Source: an uncultured Actinomycetota bacterium (GTDB lineage Bacteria; Actinomycetota; Aquicultoria; CAYFWW01). From it: a stretch of DNA of 64,000 nucleotides. The translations under genes and the position numbers were made by a program. Location: assembly GCA_964346985.1 (NCBI GenBank), contig CAYFWW010000026.1, positions 690 to 64,689 of the forward strand, given 5' to 3'. Shown piece after piece: positions 27,804 through 38,355 of this stretch. The notes below the pieces were generated by a model that was not told the DNA's origin, ran no database searches, and was given only the letters and a program-made list of their open reading frames with translations. How positions within the stretch are numbered: position 1 is the first letter of the stretch; the number at the start of each line of letters is the position of its first letter.

Positions 27804-28181
27804 TTGCTCGATACTCAAAAGATAGTTATGGATTATATTAAAGATCTAAATGAAGGAATGAAGAGCAACGATTTTAGCAAAGCTATTGCTAGATTCAGTG
27901 ATGAGTCAAAGATAACAGTTGATTCTAGAAGTCAGGGCAGATATTATTTTCGGGAGCCAGAACAAATAGAAAAATTTCATTCAATTTTTCTGAAACACCC
28001 GGCTGGTTCGAAAATCATCCCTGAAGAGATTGAGATACGCGATGAGGGCCAAGTTGTTATAGTAGATTATGTAATTAGAACCGAAGACAGTAAACCTTTT
28101 GAGGTCGAGCCGGTTGGAAAAATTTCTTTCGATTTTAATAAAGAAGGAAGAATCACATCTTTAATGCTTGTATTAGACTAA
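27804..28181 (+). CDS. hypothetical protein (possibly NTF2/SnoaL-like fold)
   Basis: 125-aa ORF with GGGAG RBS. No motif recognised. Confidence 0.4.
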   Translation: MLDTQKIVMDYIKDLNEGMKSNDFSKAIARFSDESKITVDSRSQGRYYFREPEQIEKFHSIFLKHPAGSKIIPEEIEIRDEGQVVIVDYVIRTEDSKPFEVEPVGKISFDFNKEGRITSLMLVLD

Positions 28182-28198
28182 TTTAATGTTTTTGGAAT

Positions 28199-29407
28199 AT
28201 GAATATTAACTCAAATCAGCTCAGGTATTATTTATTAAAAAAACAAAACCTATTTCTCAAATCTCCTCAGAAAGAAATAATTGATGTATTAAGTAGAATT
28301 GGTGGAATTTATAGTTCGGCCCCTACTTGCCATTTATCTCTGATGAACAGGATCACTGATTACAATTCTAAAAAGCTCAATGATTTACTCGGTAAAAATA
28401 AAAAAATAGGCCGCATGGCTCTGATGCGGGGGACAATTTATATCTTGCCGATAAATATATTGCCTTTAGCTTTTATTGCTACCAAGAGTTTAAATGAACT
28501 ACTATATGCATCATTACTTCTAAGGTTAGGTATTGACGAGGATGAATACAAAAAAGCTAAGAGGAGAATCAATAAAGCTTTGAAAGGCAAGCAATTATCA
28601 GCTCGGGAGATAGGGGAGGAAATTAAACCATGGAAAGAGCCGGCTAGAGGAGCCCTTAGCTATATAATTAAATCACTCTGTGCTGAAGGTCATTTAATTA
28701 GAACAGTCTATGAAGGAAGCTGGTTAAGCAATAAAACTAAATATGCTTTGTTTAAAGAATGGTTTCCTGGATTAAGCCTCAAAAGCTCTAAACTTTTAAA
28801 AGCACAAACTGAGCTAGCCAGGTTCTATTTTAAAGCTTTTGGCCCTGCACTTTGGGATGATTTCCAATGGTGGACAGGCTTAAATCAAGCTGAAGTGGAT
28901 AAAATTAAACCTCAACTTGAGGGTGAGATAAATAAAATCAAGATTGATGATTTGCCGGAGGCTAGATTTTATTATTATGACGAGGAGCCAACACTGAAAC
29001 AAGTCAAGATCCCAAGAAGAAAAGCTGTAAACTTTTTGCCCTATTGGGATGCCTATTTAATGGGTTATAAAAACAGAGACCATTTCGTAGATCCCGCCTG
29101 GCAAAATTATATCTACGACCAAGATGGTAACTCTACCTATACTATATTGATTAACGGTAAAGCTGAAGGAATATGGGATCTTTTTAGAAATGGAAATGAT
29201 TACCATATTAAAATAGCTCTTTTTGACTCAAAGAATGAAGAATTTTTCATGAATAAAAAAAGCCTTTATAGGATATTCAAGAGTTTTCTAGATAGTCATG
29301 ATTTATTAATCGAATTATGTCCACTTCCTAAAGAAAACACCTTTTCCGGTAGCGGTAAATTTTTATCACCATTAAAAGATGTTTCTGGAAAAGTTTTTAG
29401 TGTTTGA
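28199..29407 (+). CDS. winged-helix DNA-binding domain protein (YcaQ/AlkZ-like, DUF1006)
   Basis: About 400 aa. The N-terminal LRYYLLKKQNL opening and overall architecture are typical of this family. Assigned from memory only. Confidence 0.5.
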   Translation: MNINSNQLRYYLLKKQNLFLKSPQKEIIDVLSRIGGIYSSAPTCHLSLMNRITDYNSKKLNDLLGKNKKIGRMALMRGTIYILPINILPLAFIATKSLNELLYASLLLRLGIDEDEYKKAKRRINKALKGKQLSAREIGEEIKPWKEPARGALSYIIKSLCAEGHLIRTVYEGSWLSNKTKYALFKEWFPGLSLKSSKLLKAQTELARFYFKAFGPALWDDFQWWTGLNQAEVDKIKPQLEGEINKIKIDDLPEARFYYYDEEPTLKQVKIPRRKAVNFLPYWDAYLMGYKNRDHFVDPAWQNYIYDQDGNSTYTILINGKAEGIWDLFRNGNDYHIKIALFDSKNEEFFMNKKSLYRIFKSFLDSHDLLIELCPLPKENTFSGSGKFLSPLKDVSGKVFSV

Positions 29408-29409
29408 GA

Positions 29410-30267
29410 TTATGTCAGCTCTTCAATCAATTCAGATATATCGATGCTGTCCAACTTTTGCTTAAAAAGCGGTTTATCAACATAGGAATATAACTCATCT
29501 GCATAAGTAGGACGTTTTTCACGGTAAAAAATGCCAATCGGCAGTTTATCATCCTCTTCCAGAGCTTTTTCAAATGCCTTTTTTCTATTATCAGTTTTGT
29601 AATCAGTTTCCTCAAGTTTATATATTCTTTCCCTGAACCACTGATAGGTGTTCTTTTTATTAAAAGTGATGCAGGGTTGAAAGACATCTACAAGAGAAAA
29701 CCCTCGGTGGTTTATTGCTTCTTTTATCAAGCCGGTTAGATGATTTATATCTCCGGCGAATCCTCGAGCGACGAAGCTCCCATTAGAAGAAAGGGCTAAA
29801 GCAATAGGATTTACAGGTTTTTCAATTACGCCATGTGGTGTTGACTTGGTTTTAAAACCTTTATCGCTGGTCGGAGAAGTCTGGCCAGTTGTTAAACCAT
29901 AGACTTGATTATTATGAACAATGAAAGTGATATCTATATTACGGCGGACAGAGTGTATAAAATGGCTCAGGCCAATACCATAACCGTCTCCGTCACCAGC
30001 AAAGGTAACAACTGTCAGTTCCGGATTGGATAGTTCAGCTCCTGTTGCAACCGGAAGTGTCCTTCCATGTAAAGCGTGAAAAGCATAAGTCTTTGTAAAG
30101 TCTGCCCCGTTACCTGAACAACCAATTCCGTAAACAGCCAGAACTTTATCTATATCCAGATTCAGATCAGATATTGCTTTTTTCCAAGCTCCCCATATTC
30201 CGAAATTTCCGCACCCGGGGCACCAGGTGGGGAAAATTTCAGTTCCCAGGTCTGCAGGTTTAAGCAT
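29410..30267 (-). CDS. korB: 2-oxoacid:ferredoxin oxidoreductase beta (TPP-binding) subunit
   Basis: WCPGCGNFGI and GDGDGYGIG TPP motif. Confidence 0.9.
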   Translation of the reverse strand: MLKPADLGTEIFPTWCPGCGNFGIWGAWKKAISDLNLDIDKVLAVYGIGCSGNGADFTKTYAFHALHGRTLPVATGAELSNPELTVVTFAGDGDGYGIGLSHFIHSVRRNIDITFIVHNNQVYGLTTGQTSPTSDKGFKTKSTPHGVIEKPVNPIALALSSNGSFVARGFAGDINHLTGLIKEAINHRGFSLVDVFQPCITFNKKNTYQWFRERIYKLEETDYKTDNRKKAFEKALEEDDKLPIGIFYREKRPTYADELYSYVDKPLFKQKLDSIDISELIEELT

Positions 30268-32036
30268 TATATTACCTCCATAATTTCACTGAAAATATCA
30301 TCTCCTGAAAACGGCCTTCCGTCATTTTTTAAGTAGTTAAATTCAAGGGCCTGGCCTGTTTTCTCCCGGATAACTTGGGCTAGTTGGCCAGTACCGTTGT
30401 TTTCAACACAAATGGTTTTTAAAGATTTATTTATAAATCTGGATACAGGCTCAGAAGGGAAAGGCCGGATAAAAGTAACCTGTAAATAATTTGCTTTGAC
30501 TCCTTCATCACTTAATAATTGTAAGCTATCTAAAATTGCTCCTTTGGTTGATCCCCAACCGATGATTGAAATGTCGGCTTCTTCTGGACCATAAATTGCT
30601 GGCTCGGGAACCTCTTTTCCGGCAACCTTTTCTTTCCTCAATCTCTTTGAAACCTGCCTGACTCTTTCTTCTGCATCTTCAGAAGAGTAACCATATTTAT
30701 CATGTTCGTAGCTGTTGGCAATATGCATCCCATTTGGCTGACCGGGGACTGCCCTGGGTGATATACCATCTTTGCTTGGTGCATACCGGTAATAGTTTTG
30801 AATCTTTTGCAGTTCTTCATCAGACAATCTTTTCCCTCTGTCTATTTTTATTTTTAAAAGATCGAATTTTTTACTTGACCAATGGCTTTCGGCCAGGTGT
30901 TTATCAGTGACTATAATAACCGGAGTCTGAAATCTTTCAGCCAGGTTAAATGCTTCTGCGGTCAAATAAAAGCATTCTTTAACGTCGCCCGGGGCAATTA
31001 TAAAACGAAAAAATTCACCCTGGGCAGCATTGATTAAGAACTTTAGGTCTCCTTGTTCTGTCCAGGTAGGCATTCCAGTGGCCGGGCCGGGCCTCTGCGC
31101 TTCAATGGCAACAAGTGGGGTTTCACTAATACCAGCCAGACCAAGCCCCTCAGTCATTAAGGAAAAACCTCCACCGGAGGTAGCCAGCATTGCCCTGACT
31201 CCCACTAAACTGGCTCCGATAGCCATGTTAATTACGGCAATCTCATCTTCAGCATGTTTGACTGCTATCTGGAAACGTTCTTCATTAGCAGCCATAAAGT
31301 GAAGTATTGATGATGCAGGGGTCATTGGGTAGGCAACATAAAACTTACATCCGGCTTGTATTGCGCCAAGGCATATTGCTTCATTGCCTGTTAAAACCAT
31401 ATGCTTATCTCTATCTATTTTTTTTATTTGAAAGAAAGCATCTTTGTAATTTTCTTTAAAGTAGTTATAACCACCTCTGGCAGCTTTAACATTCATGTCA
31501 ACCACTTTTTTGCTTTTTGTCGCGAAAGCATCGGATATTGAATTTGACAGGATTTCAAAATCAAGGCCTATTATTGCCGAAGTTGCTCCCAGGGCAACTG
31601 AATTCTTAGTAAGTTCATTTCCCCCTTTCTCTCTGGCCATTTTTAAAAGTGGAATTGAGATAAGATTGATATCTTTCCTATGAAAAAATTCAGTCATTCT
31701 ATTATTGCTTTCACCGTCATATATCAAAATACCTCCTGGAAGTAAATGTGAAAGATGGAGATTAATTGATTCTTGATTCAAGGCGACCAAGATATTGATG
31801 TAATCTTTATGGGAATATATTTTCTTTGTGGATACTCGCAGATTATAGACGTTATGTCCGCCTCTAATTAGAGAAGGATATTCAATAAAGTCAAATATAT
31901 TATAACCATAGCGCAAGAGAGCTTTAGAAAAGATTTGCCCGGTAACCATAATTCCAAAGCCGGCTTCTCCCCCGATTTTTATGCTTATATCAAGATTATT
32001 TTGTTTCTGCATTTTTTTGTTAAATAAATGATCCAA
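30267..32036 (-). CDS. korA: 2-oxoacid:ferredoxin oxidoreductase alpha subunit (fused gamma-alpha)
   Basis: Gamma-like N-domain IGGEAGFGIM. Alpha domain LTGNEAICLGAIQAGCKFYVAYPMTPAS. 1-nt overlap with korB. Confidence 0.9.
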   Translation of the reverse strand: MDHLFNKKMQKQNNLDISIKIGGEAGFGIMVTGQIFSKALLRYGYNIFDFIEYPSLIRGGHNVYNLRVSTKKIYSHKDYINILVALNQESINLHLSHLLPGGILIYDGESNNRMTEFFHRKDINLISIPLLKMAREKGGNELTKNSVALGATSAIIGLDFEILSNSISDAFATKSKKVVDMNVKAARGGYNYFKENYKDAFFQIKKIDRDKHMVLTGNEAICLGAIQAGCKFYVAYPMTPASSILHFMAANEERFQIAVKHAEDEIAVINMAIGASLVGVRAMLATSGGGFSLMTEGLGLAGISETPLVAIEAQRPGPATGMPTWTEQGDLKFLINAAQGEFFRFIIAPGDVKECFYLTAEAFNLAERFQTPVIIVTDKHLAESHWSSKKFDLLKIKIDRGKRLSDEELQKIQNYYRYAPSKDGISPRAVPGQPNGMHIANSYEHDKYGYSSEDAEERVRQVSKRLRKEKVAGKEVPEPAIYGPEEADISIIGWGSTKGAILDSLQLLSDEGVKANYLQVTFIRPFPSEPVSRFINKSLKTICVENNGTGQLAQVIREKTGQALEFNYLKNDGRPFSGDDIFSEIMEVI

Positions 32037-32155
32037 GTACCAATTAAATAGATCTTTAATATTTTTAACATCTCTAACATCATAATATTTCTAAGTTGGA
32101 AAATAAATTTTTTTTATGCTTATAATAAGCTGACATTTCTTAAGGAGTGATAACC

Positions 32156-32371
32156 ATGAAAATTGAGGTTGATAGGGATAAATGCATAGGAGCTGCCAGC
32201 TGTATAGGTGTTGCTTCCAATGTTTTTGAGCTTGACGATGAAAATAAGGCTGTAGTTATTGATGCTTACGGAGATGATGATGAGACTATCTTAAGAGCTG
32301 CCAAGTCATGTCCGGTAAAAGCCATCATCATAAAAGATGAAGAAACAGGAGAAATTTTATTTCCAGATTAG
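32156..32371 (+). CDS. small ferredoxin
   Basis: DRDKCIGAASC ... SCPVKAI. AAGGAG RBS. An extended -10 element TGCTATAAT lies at 32118-32126. Confidence 0.8.
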   Translation: MKIEVDRDKCIGAASCIGVASNVFELDDENKAVVIDAYGDDDETILRAAKSCPVKAIIIKDEETGEILFPD

Positions 32372-32530
32372 TACATATTTCTTATCGTTTTGGACTTGAA
32401 CATATTTTCTTAATCTAACTCACCGGAATATAAGCAGATTCTCATAACTAAAATTCCTAACGGAATACTATTCAAGGCAAAAGGTTTTTAATAATTGTTA
32501 AATAGTAAAAATATTAAAAGATTTGAAAGG

Positions 32531-32902
32531 ATGGAATTTATGGAAACTATTAATCTTTTTGCCGGGATAAACAGAGTTACTGATCTTGCTAATATAAGCG
32601 ATCTGGAAAATAAACATCACCCGACCATTGAATGCCCGGATAAAGCAGAAGCTGGAGAATATTTTAAGGTCAAGATTACAGTCGGCAAGGAACTGGCTCA
32701 TCCAGATGAAAACGATCATTATATTCAATGGCTTGAACTATATGCCGGTGATTTATTTGTAAGTAGAGTTGATTTTACTCCTAAATTATCTAAAAGCCCA
32801 GTTACTCTAGGAGTAAAATTAGAAAAAACAGATGAGCTTCGAGCTATAATTCGTTGTAATCTTCATGGGCTTTGGGAAAGTACTAAAAAGGTAGCAGTTT
32901 AA
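32531..32902 (+). CDS. superoxide reductase (1Fe-SOR / neelaredoxin-type)
   Basis: NKHHPTIECP, HPDENDHYIQWLELY, CNLHGLWES (His4Cys iron ligands). ATG 32540 is an alternative start. Confidence 0.8.
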   Translation: MEFMETINLFAGINRVTDLANISDLENKHHPTIECPDKAEAGEYFKVKITVGKELAHPDENDHYIQWLELYAGDLFVSRVDFTPKLSKSPVTLGVKLEKTDELRAIIRCNLHGLWESTKKVAV

Positions 32903-32939
32903 AAGCCTTCTTTTTTATTTAGGTCTTTATGATTGATAA

Positions 32940-33443
32940 TTATAGATCTATCTTATTAAAATTTTCCTTAGGATTATTGCATATAGGGCAGACTTTTGGC
33001 GGTTCATCGAAGACTGTATTTCCACATATCTGACAGACAAAGATTTCTGATTCTTCAAAGTCTTCACCATTCTCCAAGAACTCTAGAGCTGCTTTGAAAA
33101 GTTCTTCGTGTATTTGTTCTACTGCATTTGCATTTCGAAAAGATAAGACAGCGTTTCTATTTTTTTCAAATTCTGCTTCTCCGATATAACCGGGATACAT
33201 CTTGGTATGTTCAAAATTTTCACCACTGATAGCTTCTTTTAGATTTTCTCCAGTTGTCTTAATAGCTTTAAGTACTCTTAAATGAGATCTTGCGTGCACT
33301 GCCTCTGCATTAGCAGCAGCTTTGAAAAGCTTTGCTATCTGGGGATAACCTTCAAATTTTGCTTTATCGGAAAATGAAAGATAACGTCTATTGGCCTGTG
33401 ATTCACCTGAAAATGCTTTTTTTAGGTTTTCTTCTGTCGGCAT
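32940..33443 (-). CDS. rbr: rubrerythrin
   Basis: Di-iron helices (GESQANRRY, EAVHA, FEHTKMYP) and C-terminal rubredoxin CQICG...CPIC. Confidence 0.9.
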   Translation of the reverse strand: MPTEENLKKAFSGESQANRRYLSFSDKAKFEGYPQIAKLFKAAANAEAVHARSHLRVLKAIKTTGENLKEAISGENFEHTKMYPGYIGEAEFEKNRNAVLSFRNANAVEQIHEELFKAALEFLENGEDFEESEIFVCQICGNTVFDEPPKVCPICNNPKENFNKIDL

Positions 33444-33586
33444 AGCCTGATCACTCCTTGGAATATATTTTAATTTATTAAATTTATCAAAATAAATTGT
33501 TCATCTCAAGAATAATTTTTTATCGTTTGACTAACTAATAACTTAAAGCTTAACAGTTTATTGTACAAATATGCTAATATTAGGCT

Positions 33587-34378
33587 ATGTTTTTTATGGT
33601 AAAAGGTGGAAAAATACAAGCTTTTTTATTATTCGTACTTTTATTTTTTTCATTTATTTTTTTAGGTTGCAATAGATTCACAGATTCGGGCAGCAAAAAA
33701 TATCAAAAAGACATAGATGAAATAATTGAAAAAGTTAGTAGTGATTTTGAAAGTTTATCTAAAGATTTTTCTTTATTGGACGGAACAAGAGAATCGTCCA
33801 ATAAACTGCTTACTAAATTCAAATTAGCAAGAGAGGATTTAATCGATGCCCGGAATGAATTAAAAGAAATTAAACCACCCGAAGATGAAAAAGCTTTTCA
33901 TAATGATTTCTTAGATCTTCTGGATGACGGGACTCGTATATACTCTGAATTATCTGGAATTGCTGAGTATATTATCAAATCAAATCTGGCAATAGAGAAC
34001 CATCTGGAAGATAGTGAGGCATTTAAAATGGCTTATGGCAATGCGGTAAATACAGAGCAAAAAGTTACGGTTGTTAAGTCTTTTAGTGATGAGACAAAGT
34101 ATACAGTTGAAAAATTGGAAAATTTGAAAGGCCCAAAAAAATTTTCGGAATTAAAAAAGGAGAGAATCAGTTTTTTCAAAGAACTTATTAATGTATCCGA
34201 AAAGCAGGAGAAACTTCTGAAAAAAAATAAAGATACTGAGGCAGATAAGATTATTTTAGAATTAGACAGCAAGTTAAGAATTGACAAAGTTATTGAAGAT
34301 AATGCGGATATTATTAATAATATGAAGGATAGAATTGAAGAGTTAATAAGCAACTGGGAAGTTTTAAACAAAGAATAA
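33587..34378 (+). CDS. hypothetical lipoprotein, coiled-coil rich
   Basis: Signal peptide with lipobox FLGC. The rest is K/E-rich and helical. Confidence 0.55.
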   Translation: MFFMVKGGKIQAFLLFVLLFFSFIFLGCNRFTDSGSKKYQKDIDEIIEKVSSDFESLSKDFSLLDGTRESSNKLLTKFKLAREDLIDARNELKEIKPPEDEKAFHNDFLDLLDDGTRIYSELSGIAEYIIKSNLAIENHLEDSEAFKMAYGNAVNTEQKVTVVKSFSDETKYTVEKLENLKGPKKFSELKKERISFFKELINVSEKQEKLLKKNKDTEADKIILELDSKLRIDKVIEDNADIINNMKDRIEELISNWEVLNKE

Positions 34379-34400
34379 GAAGAGAGCAATTAATTGTTTT

Positions 34401-36179
34401 CTATTCAATATTCAATTGATCTTTTATTTTAATGGGTAGGTCAGCTTTCTGGACAAGCAAAACGAACTCTGTTTTTTTTGGGCTCATCGAAGTAATCTTT
34501 AGAACCTTACCTAGGAAGGATGTCTTATAGGTTTTAGTCACTGTTTCTTGGTGAGCTGTATTGCTGACATAAGGAATCATAGAAGTATATTCGAAAAGTG
34601 TAACTACTTCGACTTTGTCAGAGTCAGAATGGATACGCCAGGAATCAGGGCGTACCTTTCCGTTAACAGTTATAAATGCTTGTAATTCTATCCAGCAATT
34701 AAGTTCAAGTGCCTGTTCAACAAAGACATCTTCTCCGAAAAGAGTTATTGTATTTCGCCCGAGATTTTTTGAGATGTAAAGTGCTTGATCGGCGAATCCG
34801 ATTAGTTCTTCTTTGTCTGTTGTATGTATGGGAAATTCGGATATTCCAATTGAAAGTGTAGGCCTGAGCACATGTTCAAGATTTTTAAAGTTATGCTTAG
34901 CCAAGGTATTGGATGTATTATTCATGATTTCTTTTGCTTTATTGGCTTTGACATCCGGAAAGATTATACAAAATTCATCACCTGCATAACGGACTACTTT
35001 TCCGTTGCTATCAACAGTATTTTCCAATATTTTGGCTACATCGACTAAAACCGAATCACCGACCTGGTGGCCTTTAGTGTCATTTATTTGTTTAAATCTG
35101 TCTATGTCAATCATGACGAAAGATAATGGACTGCTACTTTTCTTAGCATCCTCAATAATTTTATCGAAGCGGTCTTCCAAGAATTCTCTAGTAAATAGAT
35201 TTGTTAGTGTATCCCGCAGGGGAATTTTCTCTTTTGATCTGTTTTTTTCAAGGATTTTATCAATAACCTTGGTCTTTTCGTCAAATTTTATTGTCAGTTT
35301 GACGTAACTAGTAGCCAGAACATAGGAGAGAATGGCGGAGACAAAAATACTAAAAAATCCTTGTATAGTAATTCCGAAATATATTTGGATGAAAAAATAA
35401 ATTGCTGTAAGCGAACCTATTCCTAAGGCGAAAACAGCAAGAATATTTTTAAAATTCCATCTTGAAAATTTGGAAACAAGTATTCCTATACCACCCCAAA
35501 AAAGAGGAAGGATAAGCAGAACAGGATTATTAATAAAAGATTTAAACAGATTACCGTAGAAGGTTAAAAACGAACTATCTGAAAATTTTTGTGGAATCCA
35601 TGAAAAATCATTAATCGGAGGAAGATTGGCTATGCTAGGCCAGATAGGTGTAGTGCCACCTATATAAATGCCACCTAAAGAAGAGATGCCAAACATTAGT
35701 CCAAATATCTCTAAAGACAGGCAGCCAATTAAGCTAAACCAGAAAGCTTCAGCCGGGCTGAGGTATAATGCAGCTAACATAAGTACTCCAAAAGGAAGGT
35801 AAAATCTCGACAGGGCAATAAATAAAGTAAAAAGGAGAAGGGTCTGCATAGAAATTTCTTTTCTCATGGCAATTAGGATAAAAAAAGCTATTAGATACAA
35901 GATGCCAAATTCAACTGAACTGTAAAAGATAGGTATTATTAGGACGATAAGGGTGAAAAAAATCCCGGCTTCCAGGCTTAAAATTGTTAGCAAACCACAG
36001 ATTATTGGTAGAAGTATAAATATGCCGGTTTGATATTGAGGTAAGTTAAAAAGAATTAATAAAAAAGCTAGCGCAAGGCCAATTGCCCTTAAGGAAATAT
36101 TGATATTAATTTTGTTTCTGATTAAGTAAGTTTCAAAAATTTGCATTCCTAGATTTCTTTTATTTTTTTTTATCGTCAA
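34401..36179 (-). CDS. membrane-bound diguanylate cyclase (GGDEF domain, AGDEF variant) with about 120-aa C-terminal extension
   Basis: About 9 N-terminal TM helices. GGDEF domain (DIDRFKQINDTKGHQVGD, RYAGDEFCIIF). Confidence 0.75.
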   Translation of the reverse strand: MTIKKNKRNLGMQIFETYLIRNKININISLRAIGLALAFLLILFNLPQYQTGIFILLPIICGLLTILSLEAGIFFTLIVLIIPIFYSSVEFGILYLIAFFILIAMRKEISMQTLLLFTLFIALSRFYLPFGVLMLAALYLSPAEAFWFSLIGCLSLEIFGLMFGISSLGGIYIGGTTPIWPSIANLPPINDFSWIPQKFSDSSFLTFYGNLFKSFINNPVLLILPLFWGGIGILVSKFSRWNFKNILAVFALGIGSLTAIYFFIQIYFGITIQGFFSIFVSAILSYVLATSYVKLTIKFDEKTKVIDKILEKNRSKEKIPLRDTLTNLFTREFLEDRFDKIIEDAKKSSSPLSFVMIDIDRFKQINDTKGHQVGDSVLVDVAKILENTVDSNGKVVRYAGDEFCIIFPDVKANKAKEIMNNTSNTLAKHNFKNLEHVLRPTLSIGISEFPIHTTDKEELIGFADQALYISKNLGRNTITLFGEDVFVEQALELNCWIELQAFITVNGKVRPDSWRIHSDSDKVEVVTLFEYTSMIPYVSNTAHQETVTKTYKTSFLGKVLKITSMSPKKTEFVLLVQKADLPIKIKDQLNIE

Positions 36180-36532
36180 AGCAGAATAAAACTTTATTTT
36201 CTGTACAATTTATTAAAGCCGTACAAATTTTTAAATAGAGCTTTAATAGCTCAATAATTAAATTCCCGGATAAATTTTTTTTAATTAACCGGTCAGCTGG
36301 TTTCATATCTTAGAAATAATGTTGCTATTTATGTAGATATTTAATTGTAATATATGAATTTAGCTATTAAATTTTTTTATAATTTATAATTTAAATAATT
36401 GATATTTTATATTAAAAATTAGTGATAGTATTGCTTTCTTATCATAGAAAAATTTTATATAGTAAATTTTATTGACTAAAATTTAATTTATATATATTAT
36501 AGAAAAAACTAATTATTTATTACAGGTATATT

Positions 36533-37450
36533 ATGAGACCGTGTACCCATAGCTACATAACCTTTAAAGCAATTGAGTATCTAAAAGTATTTAAGCCCGA
36601 TTCATGTTTGCTAAAGATTCTTATCCCAAACCAAAAAGATATTTTTAAGTATTCTGGAATCTTACCTGATATGCTCGGTGATTGTAGGCGCGGACACGTT
36701 TTTAAAATGGATCATAAACCAGAATTGCTAGGGTTGCCTTATATAAAAGATAAGTATAAAGTTGGTCATGATTTGTTGGCAGGCTACTTTAAGGATAAGA
36801 AATACACTCTTGCTTTGATTAAAGATTCAAATGTGCTAAATCTTCCTTATAAATCAAATGATAAGAACGGAGGCAAATTACCCGACAGAGTTGAGGCTAT
36901 AGCCAGTAATTTAATTTATGGATTTCGAAATGGTTATTATAATGACGTAAAAAGTATAGCCAGGTTTTTATTTATACTCAGCCATTATATTGCTGACGCC
37001 CATATGCCCCTCCATTGTGATTTGCGGGATAAAGAAATTGATGGAAGGCGAAGATTAAACAGGGATATCCATCTGTTTATTGAAAACTTCTGGGAATCTC
37101 ATATTCCTAATATTGATGATTTGGCTGGCCATAATTTAACGAGTAATAATATATGGCTTGAAAAACCATATTTTAACCTTAATAAATTAAAACCTTTAGG
37201 ATTGAATGATACGGAAAATATCCGAAGAGAGATGATCTATATTTCAAGGATTTCATATGCTGTTTCAAGGGAATATATCAAGAATGACTATCGGAATATA
37301 GATGAACTTTTTGATGATATTGGCCGGGAAAATTTTTCAATACTCACCGATTATTTATTTACCGATGCTATCCAAGAAGTAGCCTCAATATGGAATAATA
37401 CCGCTCAGCATTTTTTAGCTCCAACTAAAACCCCCTTCCAGATTCATTAG
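36533..37450 (+). CDS. zinc-dependent phospholipase C / S1-P1 nuclease-fold protein (hypothetical)
   Basis: N-terminal THSYITFKAIEYL and LSHYIADAHMPLHCD resemble Zn-ligand motifs of that superfamily. No signal peptide. Confidence 0.4.
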   Translation: MRPCTHSYITFKAIEYLKVFKPDSCLLKILIPNQKDIFKYSGILPDMLGDCRRGHVFKMDHKPELLGLPYIKDKYKVGHDLLAGYFKDKKYTLALIKDSNVLNLPYKSNDKNGGKLPDRVEAIASNLIYGFRNGYYNDVKSIARFLFILSHYIADAHMPLHCDLRDKEIDGRRRLNRDIHLFIENFWESHIPNIDDLAGHNLTSNNIWLEKPYFNLNKLKPLGLNDTENIRREMIYISRISYAVSREYIKNDYRNIDELFDDIGRENFSILTDYLFTDAIQEVASIWNNTAQHFLAPTKTPFQIH

Positions 37451-37530
37451 TTAAATATTCCTTCATAAATATCTTTAATATTATATTTTGTATAATGGAA
37501 TAAGTGAGATATAGGTATGTTTGTATAAAT

Positions 37531-38340
37531 ATGGAAGAACAGAGCTTAAAAGAAAAAGAGGCGATTTTAAGAAGAATTATTGCTGATTTTGAGAGTGTTG
37601 CCCTGGCATTCTCTGGAGGCACAGACAGCTCTCTGCTTTTGAAGTATTGCCTGGAAATATTAGGCAAAGACAGAGTCGCTGCTTTTATTTCATCATCGCC
37701 TATCCATCCACAAATTGAAATCAAGGAAGCTGTTGCTATTGCTAAAGACATGGGAGCAAGCTTAAATATTATTCAAACTCAGGAACTTAAAATAGAAGAA
37801 TTTTATCTAAATAAGAATAATTATCGCTGCTATATATGCAAAAAAGAATTATTCACTAATATTAAAAAACTTTCTAAACAAAAAGGCCTAGCAGCAGTTT
37901 GCGACGGAACAAATTTTAATGACTCCATTCATATACGGCCTTCTTTTGAAGCTCATCGCCAGCTAGGAATTTATAGTCCTTTGGCTGATGCTCGTTTATA
38001 TAAGCATGAGATTAGAAAGCTATCAAAACTTCAGAAGCTTTCTACCTGGGATAAAAAGCCTTACTCCTGTTATGCCCAAAAGATTAATTACGGACAGGCG
38101 ATAACCATTGAAAAGATAAATCGATTAGCCAAAGCCGAAGAAAAAATTAAGATGGTCAATACTGACCAAATAGAAGTAATAGAGCCAACAGATCATACCA
38201 TATGCATAAGGGCTGATGAGAATAGTATTAGGAAGCTATTGAATACTGAATTAAAAAATGAGCTGGTTAATGAGCTTAAGGAAATTGGATATCATTATAT
38301 TTCAATAGATTTAAATCCTTACGAACCTAAGGACTATTAA
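37531..38340 (+). CDS. PP-loop ATP pyrophosphatase, LarE/TIGR00268-like
   Basis: PP-loop AFSGGTDSS. PYSCYAQKINYG resembles the LarE Cys-containing motif. Track start GTG 37504 is an alternative. Confidence 0.65.
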   Translation: MEEQSLKEKEAILRRIIADFESVALAFSGGTDSSLLLKYCLEILGKDRVAAFISSSPIHPQIEIKEAVAIAKDMGASLNIIQTQELKIEEFYLNKNNYRCYICKKELFTNIKKLSKQKGLAAVCDGTNFNDSIHIRPSFEAHRQLGIYSPLADARLYKHEIRKLSKLQKLSTWDKKPYSCYAQKINYGQAITIEKINRLAKAEEKIKMVNTDQIEVIEPTDHTICIRADENSIRKLLNTELKNELVNELKEIGYHYISIDLNPYEPKDY

Positions 38341-38355
38341 AAAGATTGGGCTTTT

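Noticed and set aside
34379-34400. CAATTAATTG palindrome between convergent genes as a bidirectional terminator
   Set aside because: The stem is short and A/T-rich, with no flanking T-run on either strand.
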